DNA from: Octopus sinensis
Lineage: Eukaryota
Assembly: GCF_006345805.1 (NCBI RefSeq)
Contig: NW_021833443.1
Location: 1-64,000 of the forward strand
DNA length: 64,000 bases
Reading direction: 5' to 3'
Position 1 is the first letter of the stretch. Each line of letters starts with the position of its first letter. A model generated the notes under the pieces. The model searched no databases, was not told where the DNA came from, and saw only the letters and a program-made list of their open reading frames with translations. The position numbers and the translations under genes were made by a program. Positions 37,479-47,159 of the stretch are shown here, one piece after another.

Positions 37479-39622
37479 CTAGCAGTATCGCCCGGCGTTG
37501 CTCGGGTTTGTAAGGGAAATAACTATATAAGCATTTTTAGAGAGTTATAGCCAAAAAATAGCAAAAAAATGCATTAAAAATGGAAAAAAAATTTTTTTTT
37601 TAAATCGTTGATTCATCGTAGACATTTTTAGAGAGTTACTTCCCTTATATAATAGCGAAAAAAATGCATTCAAATGGAAAAAATGATGGTAAATTTTTTT
37701 TCAAATCGTAGACTCATCATAGACACGCGCTAATACCCAGAAGGGCTCGATATGAATCACGACTATAAGATACCCAGTTTTGGTTAAACTGCACCGCAAA
37801 ATGTGGGAGTAGTTAGGAATCTAAATCGTAGGAGACAGACACACAACTTCACTTTTATATATAAAGATATATTGGGTTGTCCGGAAAGTTTGTGCCGATT
37901 TAAAGTAGCTTACCTATCGACTTATTTTAGGACATGGTTGAGTTCATAAAATAGGATTTGACTACACCTCCATTTAGAGCACAGTTTAAGCTATCTTTTC
38001 GTGGAAGAAGGTTTATGTTCCTATAACCTGCGTTAATTCTGTAACCCTTTAAAATGGAAGATAAGAAAGTTCATTTTCGGCACTTGATACTTTGGGAACC
38101 AGACAAAAATTGCTACAGCTCAGCTGGGATGTGTTACCCCACCCTCCATATTCACCAGATATTGCTCCTTCGGATTTGCACTTATTCAGGTCTCTGCAGA
38201 ATAGTCTTAATGGTAAAAATTTCAATTCCTTGGATGACGTAAAAAGATACCTTGATGAATTCTTTGCCATGAAACCACCTCAATTCTGGGAAGAGGGTAT
38301 TTTCTAGTTAAAGGAAAGATGGAGATGCATTGTGCAGCAAAATGGTTCATATTTGGTTGATTAAAAATGTAATGGCAAGTATTTATTGACCTTTTTCTTG
38401 CCTTTAAAAATCGGCACGAACTTTCTGGACATCCCAATAGAAACAGGCAGGATATAGAGTAACTGAGTATATAGTAGATACATGCAAGACAGAAAATACG
38501 AGAAGGAAGACAGATATAAAGAAGTTGTTATCAGACTTACCTAGAAACTCAAAGGATTTCCTACGGGATGTTATCCCAGCCTTCATGAGTAACTGGCATG
38601 AGATTAGGGTCAACCACGTGCAGAACAGCAGCAGTAGGGTCCCTAATATGATGCCACACTGTTTGAAAGAGAGAGAAAAAAAAGGGGACAGATAGTCAAA
38701 GAGCTGGTCTTTTTTAAGCTGTACTCTATACTACTACAAAGGAAGGTCCTTAATGTAACACATGCCAGTAGGTAGAGAAAGGGACAAACAGTGACAGAAC
38801 CCTTAAATTTTTTACATCACAGTTTCATAGAGAAAAAGGGGATAGACAGAGATAGAACCCTGAAATTTGACACACCACTGTCCTACAGAGAAAAAAGGGG
38901 ACAATAAAAATTAAACAATATAAAACTCCCAAAAGGGGAGGTACTTTAAGGCTACTCATGGAAAAACCCACAAAAGCTGTGGGGGCCTGATCAACAGGAC
39001 AAAAGCCCTTCTTTTATTTTTTACAGGTGTATACTCAGAATTGGTCCTTTCACATTCTTCCAACATTCACCCATCTTTCAACAAACTTGCTAGAAGGCAA
39101 CACTTCCCTCTCCACCCACACTTTCCTCTTCAAGTGAAACTCGAAGAAGTTGATGAGGGCCTGGCCAAAGAGAAAAGTGTCTGACTTTAACCCTTTCAAT
39201 CAAGTTCACCATACTATGTCTTTCGCTACAGTCACCAGACAAATTAAAATTACCAGCCCCTCCCGGCCAAAGGAGAACAGCGGGGCAATCTTTACTATGG
39301 ATTCAGCTGATAGCCAGACCTGTCCTACACGCAACAGCAGGTGTTCGACATAAACCCACAGGTTAGCAATGCTTGGGTAATGGACGAGGGCATGCAGAAC
39401 AATTTTGTCGCTCTGTGTGCACCTCGGGCAGGCATAAGGCCTGAAATTTGGGGGAGTACATTGACCCCAGTGTGTAACTGGTACTTAGTTTATCAACCCC
39501 AAAAGGAAGAAAGGTAAAGTCGACCTCAGTGGAATTTGAACTCAGAACCTTAGTGGCAGATAAACTACTGCTAAGTATTTTGCCCAGCATGCTAATGATT
39601 CTGCCAGCTTGCTACATGAAAT

Positions 39623-39658
<36 letters not shown>

Positions 39659-40071
39659 CAAAAAATGAGCAAATATAAAGATCTTGAAATAGAAATCAGC
39701 AAAATGTGGAACCTGAAGACTAAAACAATACCTGTTGTCATAGGTGCCCTGGGAATGATAGCGAAAGGGACTGATTACTACCTAACTCAGATACCAGGAA
39801 ACCCAAAAATGGCAGAAATTCAAAAGATAGTGCTCATGGGAACTGCTCATAACCTACACAAAATACTTTCTATGTAATCTCAAGGTTTAAAACAAACATA
39901 ATTTTCGTATGTTTGTTTTTTAGGCATTCACTAGTACAACACTAAATACAAAACCAAATATATGACACCCAAGGCATAATACCAACATCAACTTCTAACT
40001 TGTTGTCTCTTGAGATCTCTGGGTGAGACTTGGAGCCAACTTGTACAAATATAAAGCAAAAGTCAAACATA

Positions 40072-40128
<57 letters not shown>

Positions 40129-40286
40129 TAATAATGTTAATAATATAAATAAATAAACAAATAAAAAGAGTAGGGTTTTGTACTGACCTGCTGAAAACAG
40201 AAGGGCATTGTCAAAATGCTGACCCCGATGATACTGTTTCCTAAGTTAACAACATGGGGCCAGTTGACTCTGGGAACCATTCTCAT
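4030..40286 (-). CDS. SLC38A10: Spliced gene model: putative sodium-coupled neutral amino acid transporter 10, 16 coding exons, 953 aa
   Basis: Exon sizes 99,118,46,94,141,122,103,183,118,119,154,120,56,324,1002,63 nt (sum 2862), all GT-AG and phase-compatible. Translation has motifs I recognise from SLC38A10: [77 protein letters not shown] and a [12 protein letters not shown] coiled coil. Confidence 0.95.
4798..9540. repeat. Satellite, 102-bp dimer of two diverged 51-bp monomers, about 46 units, in the last intron
   Basis: Alternating aggcaagacacacaactctacctccaccagtcaacctctgttgtaaacctt and agacaaaacacacaactctacctaactcagtcaagcaaatctgtaaatctt. Confidence 0.97.
9617..10618 (-). CDS. SLC38A10: SLC38A10 coding exon 15, Gln/Ala/Asn-rich tandem-repeat exon (334 codons)
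   Basis: ccttcttcccag acceptor, GAG/gtaaat donor, 1002 nt, phase 0; repeat units vary only by whole codons. Confidence 0.85.
10690..11100 (+). mobile_element. tRNA-derived SINE family A (head, TA/TG microsatellite, tail)
   Basis: A-box-like TGGCTGTGTGG, B-box-like GGTTCAGTCCC, tail ggcggtgctccagcatggccgcagtc. Other plus-strand copies at about 11412-11700, 15370-15990, 16533-16950, 19953-20345, 22958-23325, 27536-28110, 36558-36965, 40508-40910, 45158-45567, 46305-46888 and 62538-63092. Confidence 0.9.
11705..11935 (+). mobile_element. SINE-like family D with (GAT)n tail
   Basis: ggaagggcatccagctgtagaaac...ccaacccatgctagcatgg...(gat)n. Other copies at about 12590-12935, 19528-19772 and 33895-34822 (+), and 35562-35900, 36145-36535, 52082-52520 and 56498-56945 (-). 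Confidence 0.85.
12282..12580 (-). mobile_element. tRNA-derived SINE, family C head with a different 3' tail
   Basis: Reverse complement starts aggcacaatggcccagtggttagggcagc...gattcccagactgggcg, the same head as 30616 and 47575. Confidence 0.8.
12968..13291 (-). CDS. SLC38A10: SLC38A10 coding exon 14 (poly-Gly tract and [29 protein letters not shown] coiled coil)
   Basis: tgttttcag acceptor, gtgggt donor, 324 nt, phase 0; within ORF 12911..13342. Confidence 0.9.
13329..13800. mobile_element. Palindromic non-autonomous DNA-element-like repeat (66-bp-arm hairpin, 3x52-bp array, ATTTATTACACAC inverted ends)
   Basis: Arms 13329-13394 and 13407-13472; array 13566-13725; atttattacacac (about 13474) is inverted to gtgtgtaataaat (about 13783). 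Confidence 0.6.
14297..14865 (-). mobile_element. 5'-truncated CR1-clade LINE 3' end with (CTAA)n tail, inserted into a ~100-bp local tandem repeat
   Basis: [13 protein letters not shown]...[12 protein letters not shown]...[23 protein letters not shown]; ttag repeats at 14297-14323. Confidence 0.92.
15225..15280 (-). CDS. SLC38A10: SLC38A10 coding exon 13 ([19 protein letters not shown])
   Basis: atctttccacag acceptor, gtcagt donor, 56 nt, phase 1 to 0; HRHEPPVP motif recalled from the vertebrate SLC38A10 tail. Confidence 0.9.
16243..16531 (-). mobile_element. SINE family A, minus-strand copy lacking the head, abutting a plus-strand copy
   Basis: Reverse complement matches the family A body and tail. 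Confidence 0.85.
16950..17985. mobile_element. Two tandem copies of a ~500-550-bp dispersed repeat bounded by (AAT)n; third copy at about 55500-56090
   Basis: ctacagcaaatattctgctcaataccacagatttgcttgtcagttg...ctgctctctcactcaataat occurs at three places. The class is not identified. Confidence 0.8.
18360..18479 (-). CDS. SLC38A10: SLC38A10 coding exon 12 ([40 protein letters not shown])
   Basis: ctattttccag acceptor; weaker AAG/gttggc donor; 120 nt, phase 1 to 1, which bridges exons 11 and 13 in frame. Confidence 0.72.
18515..19105. repeat. Four tandem ~150-bp units
   Basis: gttgtttagccc(c/t)aggtcagtcctgatccagacagacctatgatcaaag recurs at about 18528, 18681, 18831 and 18981. Confidence 0.92.
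19108..19433 (+). mobile_element. Helitron Rep/Hel PIF1-like helicase C-terminal fragment
   Basis: [36 protein letters not shown]...INKDQGQ...[15 protein letters not shown]...[12 protein letters not shown] matches the Helitron helicase C-terminus. Confidence 0.92.
21447..21600 (-). CDS. SLC38A10: SLC38A10 coding exon 11 (last TM helix [18 protein letters not shown] and start of the C-terminal tail)
   Basis: gtttctatag acceptor, gtgagt donor, 154 nt, phase 0 to 1. Confidence 0.9.
21750..22352 (-). mobile_element. SINE family B, head plus three tandem bodies
   Basis: Same unit and junction as 1476-2235. Confidence 0.85.
22440..22870 (-). mobile_element. L1/Tx1-like LINE ORF2 C-terminal fragment
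   Basis: [21 protein letters not shown]...KEVVWKTR...RKRW; homologous to 39010-39420. Confidence 0.75.
23929..24047 (-). CDS. SLC38A10: SLC38A10 coding exon 10 ([40 protein letters not shown])
   Basis: ttgtttcag acceptor, gtaagt donor, 119 nt, phase 1 to 0. Confidence 0.93.
24209..24326 (-). CDS. SLC38A10: SLC38A10 coding exon 9 ([39 protein letters not shown])
   Basis: ccctcaacag acceptor, gtaagt donor, 118 nt, phase 0 to 1. Confidence 0.93.
24365..25125. repeat. 65-bp GTG-rich minisatellite in intron 8
   Basis: gcagaagttgtgatatagtagc recurs at 24637, 24702 and 24767. Confidence 0.92.
25132..25314 (-). CDS. SLC38A10: SLC38A10 coding exon 8 ([10 protein letters not shown]...[19 protein letters not shown])
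   Basis: tctcttgcag acceptor, gtaagt donor, 183 nt, phase 0; lies within ORF 24979..25341. Confidence 0.96.
25591..25693 (-). CDS. SLC38A10: SLC38A10 coding exon 7 ([34 protein letters not shown])
   Basis: ttattccag acceptor, gtaagt donor, 103 nt, phase 2 to 0. Confidence 0.95.
25810..26222 (-). mobile_element. SINE family B, head plus two bodies
   Basis: Same unit as the other family B arrays. Confidence 0.85.
26554..26675 (-). CDS. SLC38A10: SLC38A10 coding exon 6 ([41 protein letters not shown])
   Basis: (TTA)n-tag acceptor, gtgagt donor, 122 nt, phase 0 to 2. Confidence 0.93.
26678..26955. repeat. Imperfect (AAT)n microsatellite abutting the exon 6 acceptor
   Basis: Direct reading. 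Confidence 0.95.
28293..29066 (-). mobile_element. SINE family B, head plus four 182-bp bodies
   Basis: Units at about 28293, 28474, 28656 and 28838. Confidence 0.88.
29250..30480. repeat. (GTA/GTG)n and (GTGA)n low-complexity blocks flanking exon 5
   Basis: Direct reading; these blocks generate the spurious long ORFs at 29158-30588. Confidence 0.93.
29798..29938 (-). CDS. SLC38A10: SLC38A10 coding exon 5 ([47 protein letters not shown])
   Basis: tctcttgcag acceptor, gtaagt donor, 141 nt, phase 0. Confidence 0.95.
30555..31460 (+). mobile_element. Decayed, internally deleted mariner transposase remnant interrupted by a SINE
   Basis: [28 protein letters not shown] (HTH), FHQDNAQSH and [10 protein letters not shown]...SDCHLF motifs. 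Confidence 0.8.
30616..30999 (+). mobile_element. Full-length tRNA-derived SINE family C (384 bp) with 13-bp TSD
   Basis: TSD AGAGCTCAATGGG at 30603-30615 and 31000-31012; A-box TGGCCTAGTGG, B-box GTTTCGATTCC. Confidence 0.93.
31570..32420. repeat. (GATA)n microsatellite with an embedded retroposon 3'-end fragment (about 31655-31820)
   Basis: Direct reading; the insert starts tttctttattggccacacaggg. Confidence 0.92.
32474..32567 (-). CDS. SLC38A10: SLC38A10 coding exon 4 ([31 protein letters not shown])
   Basis: ttcctccccacag acceptor, gtaagt donor, 94 nt, phase 2 to 0; IGDLG motif. Confidence 0.95.
32730..33330. repeat. (CAC/CAT)n low-complexity tract
   Basis: Direct reading. Confidence 0.9.
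33940..34570. repeat. 68-bp minisatellite (about 9 copies) inside a family D element
   Basis: gccgcctcgactggcttccgtgtcggtggcacgtaaatagcaccatccaaattgtggccgaacccagt with period 68. Confidence 0.93.
37156..37201 (-). CDS. SLC38A10: SLC38A10 coding exon 3 ([16 protein letters not shown])
   Basis: cattccag acceptor, gtaagt donor, 46 nt, phase 1 to 2. Confidence 0.93.
37479..37867 (-). mobile_element. Complete non-autonomous Helitron (389 bp)
   Basis: The minus strand reads A|TCTTTATAT...CCCGAGCAACGCCGGG (GC hairpin)...CTAG|T: canonical TC and CTAG termini, subterminal hairpin, and A-T insertion site. Confidence 0.85.
37872..38437 (+). mobile_element. Internally deleted mariner element (566 bp) with TIRs and TA TSD
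   Basis: TIRs ttgggttgtccggaaagtttgtgccgattt and aaatcggcacgaactttctggacatcccaa, both flanked by TA; encodes [11 protein letters not shown] fused to [28 protein letters not shown]. Confidence 0.93.
38541..38658 (-). CDS. SLC38A10: SLC38A10 coding exon 2 ([39 protein letters not shown])
   Basis: tttcaaacag acceptor, gtaagt donor, 118 nt, phase 0 to 1. Confidence 0.95.
39010..39420 (-). mobile_element. L1/Tx1-like LINE ORF2 C-terminal fragment with 3'UTR running toward about 38690
   Basis: [21 protein letters not shown]...[10 protein letters not shown]...ERW, homologous to 22440-22870. Confidence 0.72.
39655..40140 (+). mobile_element. Dong/R4-like RLE non-LTR retrotransposon 3' end inserted in (TAA)n
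   Basis: [30 protein letters not shown]...[11 protein letters not shown]; flanked on both sides by (AAT)n, the known Dong target. Confidence 0.82.
40188..40286 (-). CDS. SLC38A10: SLC38A10 coding exon 1 ([33 protein letters not shown]); exon extends 5' to acceptor at 40307
   Basis: Acceptor tctctttctag at 40308; ATG at 40286; donor gtcagt; 99 nt, phase 0. Confidence 0.9.
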
Positions 40287-42629
40287 GGGGGCAACTGGAC
40301 TGTCAGCCTAGAAAGAGAGAAATAACAAGAGACAGGTTCAATCCCAGCTGTAGGTGGTATGTTATGTGATGAGCCAGAGGGGCAGACTCTAGGGTTTCTT
40401 GTGGTTCTCATTGTTGCTGTTGTTTAGCCTCTGGTCAGCCCTCATCCAGAGAGCCCTAAGATCAAGCTTCTTACCACACAGCCACACCTATGAAATATAC
40501 ATATATATAGGCGCAGGAGTGGCTGTGTGGTAAGTTGCTTGCTTATCAACCACATGGTTCCGGGTTCAGTCCCACTGCGTGGCACCTTGGGCAAGTGTCT
40601 TCTACTATAGCCTCAGGCCAACCAAGGCCTTGTGAGTGGATTTGGTAGATGGAAACTGAAAGAAGCCCGTTGTATATATGTATATGTGTGTGTGTATATG
40701 TTTGTGTGTCTGTGTTTGTCCCCCTAGAATTGCTTGACAACCGATGCTGGTGTGTTTACGTCACCGTAATTTAGCGGTTCGGCAAGAGAGACCAATAGAA
40801 TAAGTACTAGGCTTACAAAGAATAAGTCCTGGGGTCGATTTGCTCAACTAAAGGCAGTGCTCCAGCATGGCCGCAGTCAAATGACTGAAACAAGTAAAAT
40901 AGTAAAAATAGTAAATATATATTACATAATACACAATACATATATATTGCACATATCTTATACATATTATATATGTATTATATGTGTAATATATATGTAT
41001 TATATATGTGTATTGTGTGTGTGTAATAATTAAATTATATATTAGGTACTTAATTGTGTTTCGTTAAGTGCATGATCTTCCAGTTCATGGAAGAATTTCC
41101 TGAGGTGCCAGGAAGGGTTAGTGACCACTGTTCTTTGGCACATCACAGCAATGAAACTAAACCCTGTTAACAGCAGCTATTTCTAGCATAACCACCATCC
41201 ACCTAGAAGCTTCCTTGAAAGCTCAGGGTCAACGTTTTTGTTTTTTTTTTGTTTTAGCAATGTTGAATACTTACCTGAACAACCTGTGTTGAAGGGAGAT
41301 GCAGATATTTACAAAATCAACAATATATACACACAGACATCTCAAAAACAAATACAGAGCCCTCATTTCATATATGCATGTGTAGGAGTGCATATATATA
41401 GAAGTCTGTTTTTCAAACAAATTTCATGAAATACTTATGGACTTTTAAGAAAATCTCTCTTCAAATATTACAATTGTACCCAATATTATTCTTCAAAAAC
41501 TTCTAAATACACACAGTGGGACCTCAATTTAGGAATTTAATTGGATCTTCTGTGTTTAGCTGCCATTTTTCAATTTGGTGTATTAGTGTAGTTTTGTATG
41601 CTAATCATGGACATGAAATTCATTTTTGCCATAAATCAATAAATAAAGAGTTTTAAAGTTTGGATTTTGGGTAATTTTAACTAATCAAAAACCACAGACA
41701 TATAGGTGCCTGTTTTCATACTAACAAGCTGTTTCTTCATACGGTCATTTTTAGCTTATTAAATAGTGGTAATTAGATGTGCTAAAAATAATAGCTAAAT
41801 ACGCCCACATCACACATTAATTTTTTTTTGTGGTTTTTGTATGAATTGTATGAATTCCTGTGTATAGAACACAAATTCACAAAACCTTTCTAAAAATTCC
41901 AAAAAAAAAAAGTTATGAGGAGTTATATGGTGTACATAAAACAGAATCCCACCAGTATTTCATGTGTTCACCATTGACAACAGGTATCCTGTTTTCTGAC
42001 TGGGTAAAAATTATCAAACTTTACCCCTGTAATTCTGTTACTCTGGTAATTTCTTTTAAAAAGTTTACTCCTGTAATTTTTAAAAGTTTACCCCTGTATA
42101 AGTTTACTCTTGTAACTTCTTTTAAAAATTTTCTGGAAAAAGTGAATTTATCTCTTGAGATTCAGCATGGAAAATTACACCAATACACCAAATTTTTGAA
42201 ATTTAGACCAAACTTCAAAAAATTCCAAAAGTGCAGCCAAACAGAAAAAAAAATCTATCTAATTCATTCCTGAAGACCATTTGTCACCTGAAATGTTCAT
42301 AACCCGAAACTATTTTTGTTACAGGAGATTCATATGGTGAATGTGAGCCAGGATGTTCAGAGTGGAAGCTGGACAGCAACTGATGCTCTTTTGCTGATAT
42401 TCCCAGCTTGTCTCAATCACTGTTGCCAGCTTGTGTGTTTGGTATTCAAGACACCGTTTGTCGACCAAGATGTCTTATACTTGAAAAATTATTCATGAGC
42501 AGTTTATTTATTCATGATGAAAGGCATTCATAAGCCGATGTTCCACTGCAAATGTGTAAATAAAATGAGGGATGTTTCTTTACTTTTGAGATGTCTGTGT
42601 GTGTATGGCATGAAACAAATGGTAGCAAG

Positions 42630-42811
42630 GCTACCATTGGTTTCATGCAGAGAACTCTCAGCAATTATCAAGCCTGCCATATAGGATGTTGATACTTGTC
42701 TCCATCTGTCTTGGACAGTATTCTCATCCAAGATGGAGATGAGTTCCAACATCTCAATGTGGCAGACTTGATAACCGCTGAGAATTCTCAACATGAAACC
42801 GATGGTAGCCC
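42630..42811. repeat. Imperfect ~180-nt palindrome (MITE-like); a half copy lies in intron 9 at about 24125-24190
   Basis: ggctaccattggtttcatgcagagaactctcagcaattatcaagcctgcca pairs with tggcagacttgataaccgctgagaattctcaacatgaaaccgatggtagcc. Confidence 0.8.
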
Positions 42812-43336
42812 TTTTTAACCAACAAATAAAAAATAATTTATCCAACAACGCAGTGTTGAGCACTCATTCTCACTGTATGATATTAGCATATATCATGTGT
42901 GTGTTGTGTGTGTGTATACATATATACATATATATATATAAAGCTATACGAAACAGGGGGTCATATGATATGAAATGGTTGTGATACGATAGCAAAGCAC
43001 AGAAACATATATATTATACTTAGCTATACCAAAGCTGGGTTAGTTTCTGGTGGAACCAGCATTTAATACTACAATAAAACAAAAAGAAAACTGTACTACA
43101 GCATAAACATGTGTGTGTGTGTGTGTGAGTGCATGTAATTATCTGTATAAATGTATACATACATACATACAGACATACATATATATGAAGGCGGCGAGCT
43201 GGCAGAAATGTTAGCACACCGGGCGAAATGCGTAGCCGTATTTCATCTGGCATTACGTTCTGAGTTCAAATTCCGCCGAGGTCGACTTTGCCTTTCATCC
43301 TTTCGGAGTCGATAAATTAAGTACCAGTTACACACA

Positions 43337-43669
43337 GATACAGAATAGAGAGTAAGGTGGAGGAAAGAAAATAGATGTGAGATATGTAGGGATATTTGTA
43401 GATTTGTAGATCCATTTTTTAGGCAGAATGGTATACATATAAGATTCCAATACCTTATGAGTAAAATCCAATAGTATTTAAAAATTGACTGTGTATAAAC
43501 TCTATACTTGGAATGACCAATTTTAAATACTACTGGATTTTACTCATAAGGTATTGGAATCTTATATGTATACCAATCTGCCAAAAAAATGGGTCTACAA
43601 ATACAATATCCCTACGTATCTCACATCTATTTTCTTTTATTTCCTCCACCTCACTCTCTATTTCGTATC
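43337..43669. repeat. Foldback palindrome, ~150-bp arms, 30-nt spacer
   Basis: 43337-43487 is the reverse complement of 43518-43669 with few mismatches. Confidence 0.92.
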
Positions 43670-43978
43670 TTATCTAAATTAAATATTACTTAACCATCCT
43701 CTCACACTGTCTCCAATGAAGGGATATAATAAATATCCTCGAAACAGCTGTAAGGCCTTCTATCTATAAATATTCTAAAATCTACACATCCTTGGTTTTT
43801 TATCTCATTACGAAAAAATTTTTATATACACATGCTGACATATGACCGACGTTGAACCCCTTATTCGCATAATCGTCAAACCTGGAACTTAACTATGGTC
43901 TGTCTATAGCACTTATTCAGCATTACCTGACACCTTTGGGCCTCAATGACACCATTACCTCTCATAACCTCCTGTATA

Positions 43979-44353
43979 CACTACCGTCAGAAATTAATTA
44001 GCACCCTTGATTTGCTCTTCACTCAAGGTATGTGTTGTCACCTAGTGGCCATATCTCGAACTATTGCTTTGTTGGGAGTTCACTGTTGCGCAGAACGATG
44101 ACGTAACTTTGTTTGCAGAGCAGTTTGAGAGTCTACAGCCTTATGATGTTGACATAGCAGTGCAACAACTTGGAGTGCGGATGCAGACAAATCTTCCTTT
44201 GTTTAATAGATATAGGTAGCGCCTCGCAAGGACCGAAATCACACCATACTAAGTTTTCTCATCGCATAAGACGTTTTGAACAGCTCATAAGGTTAATTGA
44301 TTTAACCTATTTAATGTAGAAATTTGAGAAGTGCTAATTAATTTCTGACGCAA

Positions 44354-44356
<3 letters not shown>
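43979..44356. mobile_element. Tc1-like miniature element with ~27-bp TIRs and TA flanks
   Basis: TA|cactaccgtcagaaattaattagcac ... gtgctaattaatttctgacgcaagtg|TA. Confidence 0.75.
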
Positions 44357-44400
<44 letters not shown>

Positions 44401-45304
44401 TTGTTCAAACGATGAATAGGTTTGCGTAAACCATGGTTCGTTTTGTTCTCTTACTTTATTATCATCTTATAATCATCTCATAATAATGACTTTTATGACT
44501 CGTATTCCTACCTCAGTCAATCTAAATGTATATATTTGTCGTTACCTGTCACAAATAGCCTTCTTTTATTTGCAATGTGCATTTTCGTTGATTTTTCATA
44601 TTTTACCCTTACATTTCCACGTGTATTTTATATTTTCTTTTCGTAACATATTTCTACTATATATTAGGAGCACTCTGTCGGTTATGACGATGAGGGTCTC
44701 AGCTGATACGATCAACGGAACAGCTTGCTCATGAAATCAACGTGCAAGTGGCTGAGCACTCCACAGACATGTGTACTCTTAACGTAGTTCTCAGGGAGAT
44801 TCAGAGTAATACAGTGGGTGACAAGGGTGGCCCTTTGAAATACAGGTAATACTCATTTTTGCCAGCTGAGTGGATTGGAGCAACAAGAAATAAAGTGTCT
44901 TGCACAAAGATACGCATTGCTGTGAACTGAACTCACGACCTTATGTTTGTGAGCCAAATGCCTTAACCACTAAGCCATGCACCTTCACACACACACATAT
45001 ATATATATGTAAAGATATGTGTACATGTATGTGTCTATGCTTATGTATGTGTATTTATATATCTGCGTGTGTATGTGTGTGTGTGTGTGTATGGATATGC
45101 ACGGAGACACTTGTAGTGTGGTAGTCCTATAAAACAGCAAAATAACTGGAAAAACTAAGTGGTAAGTAGCTTGCTAACCAACCACATGGTTCCGGGTTCA
45201 GTCCCACTGCGTGGCATCTTGGGCAAGTGTCTTCTGCTATAGCCCCAGGCCGACCAATACCTTGTGAGTGGATTTAGGTAGACGGAAACTGAAAGAAGCC
45301 TGTC

Positions 45305-45370
<66 letters not shown>

Positions 45371-47159
45371 CTGTGTTTGTTCCCCTAGCATTGCTTGACA
45401 ACCGATGCTGGTGTGTTTATATCCCCGTCACTTAGCGGTTCGGCAAAACAGACCGATAGAATAAGTACTGGGCTTACAAAGAATAAGTCCCGGGGTTGAA
45501 TTGCTCGACTAAAGGCGGTGCTCCAGCATGGCCGCAGTCAAATGACTGAAACAAGTAAAAGAGTAAAACAGTTTTACATTTTTTTTTTTGCATTGGTTTG
45601 CTTGATATACAAACCCTCCAAAAAATAATTATAAATAAAAGCAAAAAAACAACAGACTCCCAGGTATTCCAACACACGGTCCCTCGCATTCGGATGGTTA
45701 GTGATGGTAGCATGAGTAACCAGCAAAAGAAAAAAAAAAATCCAAAACATTAACTTGAAAAAAAAAACAAAAAGAAAAGATCCCAAATGGGCGTGAAACT
45801 AAAACAATGGAAAAAAAGAACAATGAACATTTAAAATGGAAACCCTTAAAATTTTTGAGAAAGTGTTCCTATGGAAATATACAGCCCACAAGATTTAGTT
45901 TAGTTCGTTAATAATAGTAAAGTATTAGGAATGAGTTTAGTAAAAAAAAAATAATTAAGTTTTAACAATTACTGGGACAATTAAGCTGTGTGTGTGTGTG
46001 TGTTTTTGGAACATAAATTAACCCTTTTTTTGTTTGAGGGCTCCAGCCCTTAAACTGTAGATCATTTGGTACCATATCATGCAGAAAGAAAAAAAGAAAA
46101 AAATTTATTCCCGTTTTATTGACCAAAACTGTCTCCTGAGTGATTTTGCAATATGTATGTATTATATATGCAAATTATATGCAAATTATATATGTAATAA
46201 TTAAATGATATATTATGCCCTTTGTTGTGATTTTTATTTGTTATTGTTTTTTTTATTTGTTACACCCAAACCCATGGAAAAACATCTTACATGAAATTAA
46301 TCTAAGGCGCAGGGGTGGCTGTGTCGTAAGTAGCTTGCTTACCAACCACATGGTTCCGGGTTCAGTCCCACTGCGAGGCATCTTGGGCAAGTGTCTTCTA
46401 CTATAGCCTCAGGTCGACCAAAGCCTTGTGAGTGGATTTGGTAACGGAAACTGAAAGAAGCCTGTCGTATATATGTATATATATATATAGGCGCAGGAGT
46501 GGCTGTGTGGTAAGTAGCTTGCTTACCAACCACATGGTTTCGGGTTCAGTCTCACTGCGTGGCATCTTGGGCAAGTGTCTTCTGCTATAGCCCCAGGCCG
46601 ACCAATGCCTTGTGAGTGGATTTGGCAGACGGAAACTGAAAGAAGCCTGTCGTATATATGTATGTATATATGTGTGTGTGCGTGTATGTTTGTGTGTCTG
46701 TGTTTGTCTTCCTAGCATTGCTTGACAACCGATGCTGGTGTGTTTATGTCCCTGTCACTTAGCAGTTCGGCAAAATAGACCGATAGAATAAGTACTGGGC
46801 TTACAAAGGGGGGAGTCGAGTTGCTCGATTTAAGGCGGTGCTCCAGCATGGCTGCAGTCAAATGACTGAAATGAGTAAAAGAGTAAGGTGCAAAAGAAGT
46901 TTGGGGGACAGCTGCTGTGTATTGCACGTGATACACAGGACAGATTTCCTTGGGGTCCATGCATCAGACCCGATACACAGTCCCATTTCTGTACAACCAC
47001 CAGAGTAACCTTAGGACTTAGGAAAGGAAGGCTTTATATTACTCAGAATGTATGAAATAAGGGTTCACTAAAGTCTGAAGACAGGCCCTGACTTTTACTG
47101 TTTCACAACAGTAAAATTGTTAAAAAGGTCAGTTGATCCTAAATTCTTTGTAAACTGGT

